Origin: an uncultured delta proteobacterium
Lineage (GTDB): Bacteria > Desulfobacterota > BSN033 > UBA1163
Direction of reading: 5' to 3'
Assembly: GCA_963827685.1 (NCBI GenBank)
Contig: CAWHBU010000013.1
Span: 1-13,133, forward strand
DNA: 13,133 nucleotides
Shown one piece after another: positions 1-7,686 of this stretch; within the stretch, counting starts at the first letter, position 1, and each line of letters begins with the position of its first letter. The translations under genes were made by a program, and so were the position numbers. The notes below the pieces were generated by a model. The model saw nothing but the letters and a program-made list of their open reading frames with translations. It was not told where the DNA came from and searched no databases.

Positions 1-279
1 ATCAGAAGGGGTTCGAACCAGAGCTGAAGCATCCTCTTGATGGATGATGATCTTGGCTCCGGTCTTCTTGGCCATCTCTGCGTTTCCCATGATATGGTCC
101 ACATGAGAATGGGTGTTGACGATATATTTAATTTTGTTTAAACCATGAGATTTCGCTTCCGCGAGAAGCCTCTTGGCATCATCCGCAGGATCAATGAACA
201 GCCCTTCCCGACTTTCCTCATCTCCAATCAGATAACAGAACACTGCAAAGTTACCCACCTCATATTGTTTAACAACCAT
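1..279 (-). CDS. MBL-fold metallo-hydrolase (glyoxalase II-like), 5' part; runs off the left edge
   Basis: Not in the ORF track. Manual translation from ATG at 279: MVVKQYEVGNFAVFCYLIGDEESREGLFIDPADDAKRLLAEAKSHGLNKIKYIVNTHSHVDHIMGNAEMAKKTGAKIIIHQEDASALVRTPSD. Contains IDP and the metal-binding HxHxDH motif (THSHVDH). RBS GGAGGGAG lies just upstream on the minus strand. Confidence 0.93.
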   Translation of the reverse strand, partial: MVVKQYEVGNFAVFCYLIGDEESREGLFIDPADDAKRLLAEAKSHGLNKIKYIVNTHSHVDHIMGNAEMAKKTGAKIIIHQEDASALVRTPSD

Positions 280-310
280 CTTCTCCCTCCGCCTCAACGC
301 ATCTCCCATT

Positions 311-339
311 ACTATAATTTATGGACTTCTGATCTTCAA
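311..339 (-). promoter_or_regulatory. Putative sigma70 promoter for the leftward MBL gene
   Basis: Minus strand TTGAAG (339-334), 17-nt spacer, TATAGT (316-311), about 30 nt upstream of the ATG at 279. A-tracts upstream (T-runs at 341-364 on +) could act as an UP element. Confidence 0.55.
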
Positions 340-348
340 CTTTTTTTC

Positions 349-377
349 TTGACAATTTTTTTTTAACCCCATAGACT
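349..377 (+). promoter_or_regulatory. Putative sigma70 promoter of the tetR-catabolic operon
   Basis: Perfect TTGACA (349-354), 17-nt spacer, TAGACT (372-377), 45 nt upstream of the tetR ATG. Confidence 0.75.
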
Positions 378-393
378 GGTCGCTACCGTTTAT

Positions 394-411
394 ATACTAA
401 CTGTTTAGTAT
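394..411. promoter_or_regulatory. Palindromic operator, probable TetR binding site
   Basis: ATACTAA-CTGT-TTAGTAT: perfect 7-bp inverted repeat with a 4-bp spacer, located between the predicted -10 and the tetR start, typical of TetR autorepression. Confidence 0.72.
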
Positions 412-422
412 GGAAAAAACGA

Positions 423-1037
423 ATGAAAAAACTTAACAATAAAAATCTCCAGTCGCAAGAGACCGCAAACCGGATCCTCAATCAGGCCATGAGAATCTTT
501 TTGGAGAAGGGTTACCATGGGACTTCGATTGACGACATCACACAAGCGGCTGGTTTGACGAAAGGAGCCCTTTATTGGCATTTCAAAAGCAAAGAAGATC
601 TTTTAAAAAAATTGATAAGAAAATACGAAAAAAGTTTCTTGGATAATCTGATTCATGCAGTGACGGAGGTGAAGGGTAGGGCTTCTGACAAGTTCGAAAA
701 ATATGTCCGCTTTAATTCGGCTTTTGCCTATTATAATCGAGAACTTTGCGTTTCATTTACTACATTAGCTGCAGAACTCGTTGGAGCTCATCACGGAATA
801 GAGCCTGAGATCAGGCGAGTTTACAGGAAGTATCAAAACTTTCTATCAAAGTTGATTCTTCAGGGGAAAAAAGAGAAAAGTTTTAGGAAAGAGATCAATG
901 CAGTCTTGGCTGCGCTTATCGTCATTGCCTTTCACGACGGAATACTGCTCCAATGGTCGATGAACAGAGAGAAGATCGATGGAGAGGCCTATGTGAATAC
1001 GTTCAAAAAAATCATGCTCAATGGCATGATGGCGTAG
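423..1037 (+). CDS. TetR/AcrR family transcriptional regulator
   Basis: 204 aa; N-terminal HTH RILNQAMRIFLEKGYHGTSIDDITQAAGLTKGALYWHFKSKEDL matches the TetR signature. Confidence 0.96.
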   Translation: MKKLNNKNLQSQETANRILNQAMRIFLEKGYHGTSIDDITQAAGLTKGALYWHFKSKEDLLKKLIRKYEKSFLDNLIHAVTEVKGRASDKFEKYVRFNSAFAYYNRELCVSFTTLAAELVGAHHGIEPEIRRVYRKYQNFLSKLILQGKKEKSFRKEINAVLAALIVIAFHDGILLQWSMNREKIDGEAYVNTFKKIMLNGMMA

Positions 1038-1052
1038 CTCAGGGAGGAAGGA

Positions 1053-2201
1053 ATGGATTTTGAACTGACGAATCGGCAAAAGCAGATCTGTCGGGCCGCT
1101 CGGGAGTTTGCGGAGGGGGAGTTTCCTGGGATCGCTCGAGAATACGACCGCCGGGAGGAGTTCCCGCGAGACCTTTGGAAGAAGGCTTGCGAACTGGGTT
1201 TTATCGGCGTTTTTATCAAGAAAGAATATGGAGGCCTCGGATTAGGCTTCCTTGAATTTGCCATGGTGATGGAAGAATTTTGGAGAGTGGATCCTGGCTG
1301 TGGGAATATTCTGCTCACAGCATTTGGCTCTGAATTGATTCAGCTTTATGGCACCGAGGAACAGAAGAAGAAGTACCTTCCTCCTCTCACCAGGGGAGAG
1401 GCGATTATGGGGACGGCCATTACAGAGCCTGATGCAGGGAGCGATATCCTCTCCATTTTGACCGCAGCAAGAAAAGATGGGAATGACTATGTGATCACCG
1501 GATCGAAGCAATTTATTACAAATGGAAGTATTGCCAGCCATATCGTGGTATTCTGTTTAACTCATACCGAAGCGGAATCGAGGCTCAAGAGGTTCGGAAC
1601 GATCGTTGTGGAAACAGATCGTCCGGGATTCGGGGCGGTGAAGTTAACCGGAAAGCTGGGGATTAGGGCCTCTGATACGGCAGAGATCAGGTTGAGCGAT
1701 GTGAGGGTTCCGAAAGAGAACCTGATCGGAGGGAAAGAGGGAGAAGGTTTTCCTCAAATTATGCAGCTCTTTAACATCAATCGTGTCATTGCTGCTTCGC
1801 AGGGCGTGGGGGTGGCCCAAGGGGCGCTGGAGAAGGCGATCAAACATGTGAAGGAGAGAAAACAGTTCGGACAACCCATTGGTGCCTTTCAAGCCGTCCA
1901 ATTTAAGATTGCGGAGATGGCCACATGGGTAGAGGCTGCAAGGGCTCTCACCTATAAAGCGGGATGGATGATTGATCACGGGAAGGTGGACCCCAAACTG
2001 ATTTCGATTGCTAAATATTTAGCTGGAGAGATTGGAGTCAAAGTGGCCAATGAGGCCCTTCAGCTCCACGGTGGATACGGGTATATCGCGGATTATGATA
2101 TTGAGCGTTTCTACAGGGATGCCAAGATCGTTGAGATCTACGAAGGGACGAAAGAGATCGAAAAAAATACCATCGCCCGGGAGCTATTGGGGAGGCTATA
2201 A
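1053..2201 (+). CDS. Acyl-CoA dehydrogenase (paralogue 1)
   Basis: 382 aa; AITEPDAGSD, KQFITNG, KLGIRASDT, RKQFG, QLHGGYGY and EIYEGT (catalytic Glu364). RBS GGGAGG upstream. Confidence 0.96.
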   Translation: MDFELTNRQKQICRAAREFAEGEFPGIAREYDRREEFPRDLWKKACELGFIGVFIKKEYGGLGLGFLEFAMVMEEFWRVDPGCGNILLTAFGSELIQLYGTEEQKKKYLPPLTRGEAIMGTAITEPDAGSDILSILTAARKDGNDYVITGSKQFITNGSIASHIVVFCLTHTEAESRLKRFGTIVVETDRPGFGAVKLTGKLGIRASDTAEIRLSDVRVPKENLIGGKEGEGFPQIMQLFNINRVIAASQGVGVAQGALEKAIKHVKERKQFGQPIGAFQAVQFKIAEMATWVEAARALTYKAGWMIDHGKVDPKLISIAKYLAGEIGVKVANEALQLHGGYGYIADYDIERFYRDAKIVEIYEGTKEIEKNTIARELLGRL

Positions 2202-2212
2202 GAGAGTGACAC

Positions 2213-2245
2213 CAAATCCCAGACTGCGGCAGTGTTTGGCATTTG
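2213..2245. other. Imperfect intergenic hairpin between the two ACAD genes
   Basis: CAAATcCCAGACTG-cgg-CAGTgTTTGGcATTTG: pairings CAAAT/ATTTG, CCAGA/TTTGG (G-U) and ACTG/CAGT. No U-tract, so not a clear terminator. Confidence 0.3.
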
Positions 2246-2272
2246 ACATTCTTTATTGAGGAGTTTGAAAGT

Positions 2273-3418
2273 ATGGACTTTGAGCTCACGGCGGAACAGA
2301 AGGATATCAAAAAGGCGGCCCGAGAATTTGCAGAGGGAATGTTTCCAGAGGTTGCAGAAGAATGTGACCTCCATGAGACATTTCCAAGAGCACTCTGGAA
2401 GAAGGCTTGTGACCTTGGATTCATTGGGGTCTTTATTGACGAAGCCTATGGAGGGCCGGGCCTGGGTTTTCTGGAGCATGCCTTCATCGCTGAGGAGTTC
2501 GCCCGGGTGGATGCAGGCTGCGGGACTATCATCCATACGACCTTGGGTTCTGAATTTATTCTTTTGTTCGGTAGAGAAGAGCAGAAGAGGGAATATCTTC
2601 CTCTCTTACCAAAGGGAGAAGCCATCATGGGAATGGCCATCACCGAACCGGACGCCGGAAGTGATGTGGCCTCCGTTTCTACCGTGGCTCGAAGAATGAA
2701 GGATCATTATGTGATCAGTGGGAATAAAATGTTTATTACGAATGGGAGCATTGCCGATTTCTTGGTCATCCTCTGCCTCACCAATGAAAATGAGGAAGTG
2801 AAGCCCAAACGCCATAGTGCCCTGATCGTCGAGAAAAGTCGAAAGGGATTTGAAACCAGTCAACTGAAGCGAAAATTAGGAATGCGGGCTTCGGATACGG
2901 CAGAACTCCATTTTTCAGATGTGGAGGTCCCTTTAGAGAATCTGGTAGGGGAAAAAGAAGGAGAGGGATTTCACCAGCTCATGGCTGTTTTCAATAGAAC
3001 GCGAGTCACGGTGGCCTTCCAGGGGGTGGGGATTGCCCAGGGAGGATTGGAAAAGGCCATCCAATATTCAAAGCAGAGAAAACAGTTTGGAAGACCCTTA
3101 GGAAGTTTTCAAGGGATTCAGTTCAAATTGGCCGAGATGGCAAGCTTGGTCGAAGCCGCAAGAGCCCTTTGTTATCAGGCAGGCTGGATGGTGGACCACG
3201 GAAAGATTGATCCCAAACTGATCTCGATGGCGAAATGGTTTTCGGGGGAGGTGGCTGTTAAAGTTATCGATGAGGTGGTTCAAATCCACGGCGGGTACGG
3301 TTATCTTGGGGAGTACGGCATTGAACGGCTTTATCGAGACGCCAAACTCGTGGAGATCGTCGAAGGGACCAAGGAGATTGAAAAGTTGATCATCGCCCGA
3401 GAAATACTCGGGAGGTGA
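2273..3418 (+). CDS. Acyl-CoA dehydrogenase (paralogue 2)
   Basis: Start moved from TTG 2243 to ATG 2273 because the RBS GAGGAG is at 2258-2263 and the N-terminus MDFELT is identical to paralogue 1. 381 aa; AITEPDAGSD, KMFITNG, KLGMRASDT, QIHGGYGY and EIVEGT. Confidence 0.95.
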   Translation: MDFELTAEQKDIKKAAREFAEGMFPEVAEECDLHETFPRALWKKACDLGFIGVFIDEAYGGPGLGFLEHAFIAEEFARVDAGCGTIIHTTLGSEFILLFGREEQKREYLPLLPKGEAIMGMAITEPDAGSDVASVSTVARRMKDHYVISGNKMFITNGSIADFLVILCLTNENEEVKPKRHSALIVEKSRKGFETSQLKRKLGMRASDTAELHFSDVEVPLENLVGEKEGEGFHQLMAVFNRTRVTVAFQGVGIAQGGLEKAIQYSKQRKQFGRPLGSFQGIQFKLAEMASLVEAARALCYQAGWMVDHGKIDPKLISMAKWFSGEVAVKVIDEVVQIHGGYGYLGEYGIERLYRDAKLVEIVEGTKEIEKLIIAREILGR

Positions 3419-3464
3419 CGAATTCCTGTGCTGCACGGGTTAGAGGCTCCACAGAGAGGGCCTA

Positions 3465-4268
3465 ATGATTCGAAAGGAAAAGACCGTTTTTAAAAAAATC
3501 ATCTTTGAAAAAGAAGAAGGGATTGCAGTGATTCGATTCAATCGGCCTGAGGTGATGAATGCATTTGATATGGAAACTGTGGAGGAGTTGATCAAGGCAA
3601 TCGGTCGTATTCGGAATGACGATGATACGAAAGTTTTAATTATTACAGGAACTGGGAAAGCCTTCTGCGTTGGGGTCGATTTAACAACCGTAAAAGGAAT
3701 CCATACGGATCAAGGGACCAAATTCCTAAAAAGGGGCCATCAGATCATCTTGAATTTAGTCACCCTTGAAAAACCCATTATCGCCGCCATTAATGGTTAT
3801 GCGTTCGGAGCCGGCTGGAACCTTGCGTTGGCTTCCGACATGATCATCGCATCAGACGATGCGAAGTTTTCTCAATCTTTCGTCAAAATCGGATTAGTGT
3901 CAGATATGGGAGGGATGTATTTTTTACCAAGATCCGTTAGTTTAAACAAGGCCAAGGAATTGATGTTTGTCGGCGAGACAATAGATGCAAAAGAAGCTGA
4001 AAGAATCGGGATGGTCAATAGAGTGGTTCCCAAAGATGGCCTGGAAAGGGTTGCAAAGGAGTTGGCGAAAAAAATAGCTCTGGGGCCATTGGAACCCATC
4101 GGATTGATGAAAAAGATATTAAATCAATCTGCTTATCTCGATCTCCCCTCTTTGCTGGAATTGGAAGCTCAGGCTCAGGAAATATGTTCTCAGACAGACG
4201 ATCATAAAAGAAGGATAGAGGCATTTTTGGAAAGAAGAAAAAAAACTTTAAAGAAAGGCAAAAGGTGA
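3465..4268 (+). CDS. Enoyl-CoA hydratase/isomerase (crotonase) family protein, PaaG-like subgroup
   Basis: 267 aa; FNRPEVMNAF, AFCVGVDL, KPIIAAINGYAFGAGWNLALASD and FSQSFVKIGLVSDMGG. Start is uncertain, since family similarity begins at about codon 8. Confidence 0.92.
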   Translation: MIRKEKTVFKKIIFEKEEGIAVIRFNRPEVMNAFDMETVEELIKAIGRIRNDDDTKVLIITGTGKAFCVGVDLTTVKGIHTDQGTKFLKRGHQIILNLVTLEKPIIAAINGYAFGAGWNLALASDMIIASDDAKFSQSFVKIGLVSDMGGMYFLPRSVSLNKAKELMFVGETIDAKEAERIGMVNRVVPKDGLERVAKELAKKIALGPLEPIGLMKKILNQSAYLDLPSLLELEAQAQEICSQTDDHKRRIEAFLERRKKTLKKGKR

Positions 4269-4273
4269 AGAGG

Positions 4274-5448
4274 ATGGGAGATGTTGTGATTGTGAGTGCG
4301 ACGAGGACACCGATTGGGGATTTTGGCGGATCATTGAAGGAGGTCTCTGCAACTTCTTTGGCAATCGCTGTCATTCAATCTTCTCTCCAACGGGCTGGTA
4401 TCGAAAAGAAGGTGGTGGAGCAGGTGATTATGGGAAACTGTTTTGAACCCCTGGATCAGAATGTGGCGAGAATTGCTGCGGTCAAGAGCGGGCTTCCTCT
4501 TGAAACGCCTGGCTTCACCATAGTGGTCAACTGCGCTTCCGCGATGCAGGCCATCATCTGCGGTACCCAGGCGATTCGAGATGGCGATGTGGATGCGGTC
4601 ATCACCGGCGGAGTCGAAAGCATGAGCATGCTCCTTATATATTAACGACGACCCGTTGGGGTCAGCGTCTTCAGCATGGACAATTGATTGATATGCTATG
4701 GAAAGCCATGCAGGAGTATCCTATCGGAGCCGGCATGGGATTGACGGCGGAGAACCTGGCTGAGAAGTATGGGATTTCGAGGGAAGAACAAGATAAGTTT
4801 TCATTGTTAAGTCAACAAAGAGCTTCTAAAGCCGTTCGAGAAGGAAGATTTAAGGACGAGATTACGCCTGTCTCGATTCCCCAGAAGAAAGGAGAGGCGA
4901 AAATTGTCGATACGGATGAACATCCAAGGCCTGATGTGACCTTGGAGAAGTTGGCTAAGTTGCCTCCCGCCTTTAAAAAAGATGGGACCGTAACGGCAGG
5001 CAATTCATCAGGGCTCAATGATGCGGCAGCCGTGACGGTTCTCATGTCTAAAGAAAAAGCGAAAGAGGTGGGGCTAATGCCACTGGCCAAAATATTGGGT
5101 TATGCGATCGTGGGTGTGGATCCATCCTATATGGGTATCGGGCCTGTTCCAGCAACCAAGAAAGTATTGAGCAAAACGGGTCTTTCCCTCAAGGATATCC
5201 AGCTTATCGAGATCAATGAGGCTTTTGCCGCCCAGTATTTATCCTGCGAAAGAGAGTTAGGTTTCAACAGGGATATTGTCAATGTCAATGGCAGTGGGAT
5301 TGCCTTGGGCCATCCTGTAGGGGCAACAGGATGTCGTCTGGTGGTGACCCTGATTCATGAGATGGCAAAGAGAAATCTAACCTTGGGACTTGCCACCCTT
5401 TGCGTCGGAGGGGGGTTGGGCTTCGCCATGGTCATTGAGAGGGGGTGA
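4274..5448 (+). pseudogene. Acetyl-CoA C-acyltransferase (thiolase) split by a 1-nt deletion at ~4628; either a sequencing error or a pseudogene
   Basis: ORFs 4265-4645 and 4684-5448 join into one ~391-aa thiolase if one A is restored (AGC AAT GCT CCT TAT gives GGVESMSNAPYILTTTRWGQR). Catalytic motifs NCASAM (nucleophilic Cys), NEAF, GHPVGATG and CVGGG are intact. Start is ATG 4274 or GTG 4265. Confidence 0.9.
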
Positions 5449-5522
5449 TAGGAGCAATTTTAAAAAGGAAGGATCGTGTGATCGCTTAGCGCACTCATTA
5501 CTATTTTGAAAGGAGGCTCCGT

Positions 5523-6782
5523 ATGAAAAAAAGGGTCAAAAGAGAGGTTAATCGGCGAGAATTTATAAAAGGAATGGGCGCATTGGGAGCTGCTGTTACT
5601 TTCTCTGGGTTTCCTCGCTTAGCCCATTCTGCAGAAGAAGTAAAATTTGGTGTCGTTGAACCTTTGACCGGTCCTTTGGCTCCCCTGGGGTTGAGTGATC
5701 GAAGAGGCTATGAACAGGCAGTGGATGAGATCAACGCTGCCGGTGGAATCAAATCATTGGGGGGTGTGAAGTTAAGTATGATGCTTGGGGATAGCGAAGG
5801 AAAACCGGAGGTAGGAATGGCAGAGACGGAAAAACAGATTCAAAAAGGTGCCGTTACCATCTTTGGAGCTTTTCAAAGCGCTGTCGTTTTTGCCACCACC
5901 CAGGTAGCTGAAAAGTTTAAAACCCCGTTCATCGTAGGGATTGGCGTGGCTGAAGCGATCACACAGCGTGGATTCAAGTATACCTTTAGACCTATTGCTA
6001 CCGATGCATGGCATATTCGGGATGAATATGAGTATTTGGCCTATATTCAGAAAAAAAAGGGGATTAAGATAAAGAATATTGGGATATATTATGACGATAC
6101 CCTTTGGGGTCAATCCAGTGCAAAAGCCTGGAAAAAATTGGCAGCGGAGAAAGGGTATTCCATTGTAGCCGATCTCCCTTATCCTCACGCCACCTCAGAC
6201 ATGACGGGTGTGATTTCAAAACTAAAGGCCGCTAATCCCGATGTGGCCTTAACCGTTGCCTACATTTCTGACGCCATTCTCGCGACAAGAACGATGAAGG
6301 ATTTTGACTTCAACACACAGGCCATCATTGGCATGGGTGGAGGACATCAAGATAATGCCTACATTCAGGCATTAGGGAAATTGGCAGAATACGTCTCCGT
6401 GTCTGAGAACTGGGAAAATGACCTAAAGATTCCTGGGGTCAAAGAGGCCAATGAGAATTATCTGAAGAGGAATGGGGTTGAGATGGACTGCGTTGCCTCT
6501 ATGTGCTACACGTGTGTTTATGTGCTGAAGGATGCCCTTGAGAGAGCAGGATCAACGGATCGTGAAAAAATACGGGAAGCGCTTACGAAGACCAATTTGA
6601 AGCCAGGAGAAAAAGGGAACATCCAACCTTGCGCCATTATCTTTGGCGAGGACGGGCAGAATAAAGATGCGAGAACAGTTATTGCTCAGATTCAAAATGG
6701 CAAACGTCGTTCGATTTTCCCCGAGGAGTATGCTGCCAGCAAACCCATTTGGCCGATGCCCAAGTGGAAAGATCGTAAATGA
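5523..6782 (+). CDS. ABC transporter substrate-binding protein, LIV/HAAT (PBP1) family, with Tat signal peptide
   Basis: 419 aa; NRREFIK twin-arginine motif, hydrophobic stretch and AHS-A cleavage site; VKFGVVEPLTGPLA and AVDEINAAGGI are typical of LivK-like proteins. RBS AGGAGG at 5511-5516. Confidence 0.94.
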   Translation: MKKRVKREVNRREFIKGMGALGAAVTFSGFPRLAHSAEEVKFGVVEPLTGPLAPLGLSDRRGYEQAVDEINAAGGIKSLGGVKLSMMLGDSEGKPEVGMAETEKQIQKGAVTIFGAFQSAVVFATTQVAEKFKTPFIVGIGVAEAITQRGFKYTFRPIATDAWHIRDEYEYLAYIQKKKGIKIKNIGIYYDDTLWGQSSAKAWKKLAAEKGYSIVADLPYPHATSDMTGVISKLKAANPDVALTVAYISDAILATRTMKDFDFNTQAIIGMGGGHQDNAYIQALGKLAEYVSVSENWENDLKIPGVKEANENYLKRNGVEMDCVASMCYTCVYVLKDALERAGSTDREKIREALTKTNLKPGEKGNIQPCAIIFGEDGQNKDARTVIAQIQNGKRRSIFPEEYAASKPIWPMPKWKDRK

Positions 6783-6813
6783 TCTTATTTGACAAATATC
6801 GGAAAAGGTAGGG

Positions 6814-7686
6814 ATGGATACAAACATCTTGATTCAAGCGATCATCAGCGGACTTCTCATGGGGGGAGTCTATGCACTGGTCGCAGTCAGTCTGAACCTG
6901 ATCTTTGGGGTGATGAAGATCATCAATTTTGCCCATGGCGCTTTTATGATGCTTGGCATGTATTTCACTTATTGGGTTTCAATCTTTTTGGATATCCATC
7001 CCTATCTTTCACTATTCATAAGTATGTCTGCTCTCTTCGTAATTGGCTTCCTTATCCAATATGGTCTGATCAATCGAATCATGGAAGCCCCTGAACACAA
7101 TCAACTTCTTTTAACCTTAGGGATCGCCCTTTTCCTTGAGAACTTGGCTCTATTCCTATGGAGCCCGAACTATCGGATGTTACAGGTGACTACCTTAGCA
7201 GGAGCCATGCATACACACAAGTTGATGTTCAGTACGCCTCGGATGATCGCTTTTGGGGCCGCTCTTGCCATGACCTTACTGCTCTACCTCTTCTTGACCA
7301 AAACCGATTCTGGAAAAGCAATTCGGGCTATTTCCCAGGATCGGGAGGGAGCACATGTGATTGGAATCAATATGAAGATTATATATTCCGTTGCTTTTGG
7401 AATCGGATCGGCCTGTGTCGCTGCTGCAGGCACCATGATCACCCCTTTTTTCTATATCACCCCTACGGTGGGATTGGTCTTCGTCATCACAGCCTTTGTG
7501 ATTGTGGTCCTGGGTGGGCTGGGAAGTTTCTGGGGAGCATTTTTTGGAGCCCTGATCGTGGGAATCGCAGAATCTTTGGGAGAAGTTCTGCTCCCGGGCT
7601 CCTTGAAGCAAGTGCCCATCTATTCCATCTTCATCCTCACTCTTCTGCTCAGACCAAAAGGGTTGTTCGGGAAAAAGCATGTCTAA
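6814..7686 (+). CDS. livH: LIV-family ABC transporter permease (LivH-like)
   Basis: 290 aa, hydrophobic; GLLMGGVYALVAVSLNLIFGVMKIINFAHG, GKAIRAISQDREGA and VVLGGLGS. Confidence 0.94.
   Translation: MDTNILIQAIISGLLMGGVYALVAVSLNLIFGVMKIINFAHGAFMMLGMYFTYWVSIFLDIHPYLSLFISMSALFVIGFLIQYGLINRIMEAPEHNQLLLTLGIALFLENLALFLWSPNYRMLQVTTLAGAMHTHKLMFSTPRMIAFGAALAMTLLLYLFLTKTDSGKAIRAISQDREGAHVIGINMKIIYSVAFGIGSACVAAAGTMITPFFYITPTVGLVFVITAFVIVVLGGLGSFWGAFFGALIVGIAESLGEVLLPGSLKQVPIYSIFILTLLLRPKGLFGKKHV

Noticed and set aside
341-364. T-runs as an intrinsic terminator
   Set aside because: No preceding GC-rich stem; the runs flank the -35 boxes and are better explained as promoter/UP-element sequence.
145-366. 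73-aa plus-strand ORF in the track
   Set aside because: Antisense to the MBL hydrolase and runs through both promoters; no recognisable motif.
2243-2272. TTGACA as an internal promoter, and TTG 2243 as the ACAD2 start
   Set aside because: No -10-like hexamer at 16-18 nt spacing. The RBS position and paralogue alignment favour ATG 2273.
1053-3418. Obligate alpha2beta2 heteromeric ACAD (ChsE/PimCD type)
   Set aside because: In those systems one subunit is degenerate. Here both copies are full length and keep the catalytic Glu and FAD-binding motifs. Not strictly excluded without co-expression.
3426-3464. Small hairpins between ACAD2 and the crotonase (CCTGTG-ctg-CACGGG; AGGC...GCCT over the RBS)
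   Set aside because: Stems are short and could arise by chance; no U-tract or recognisable riboswitch.
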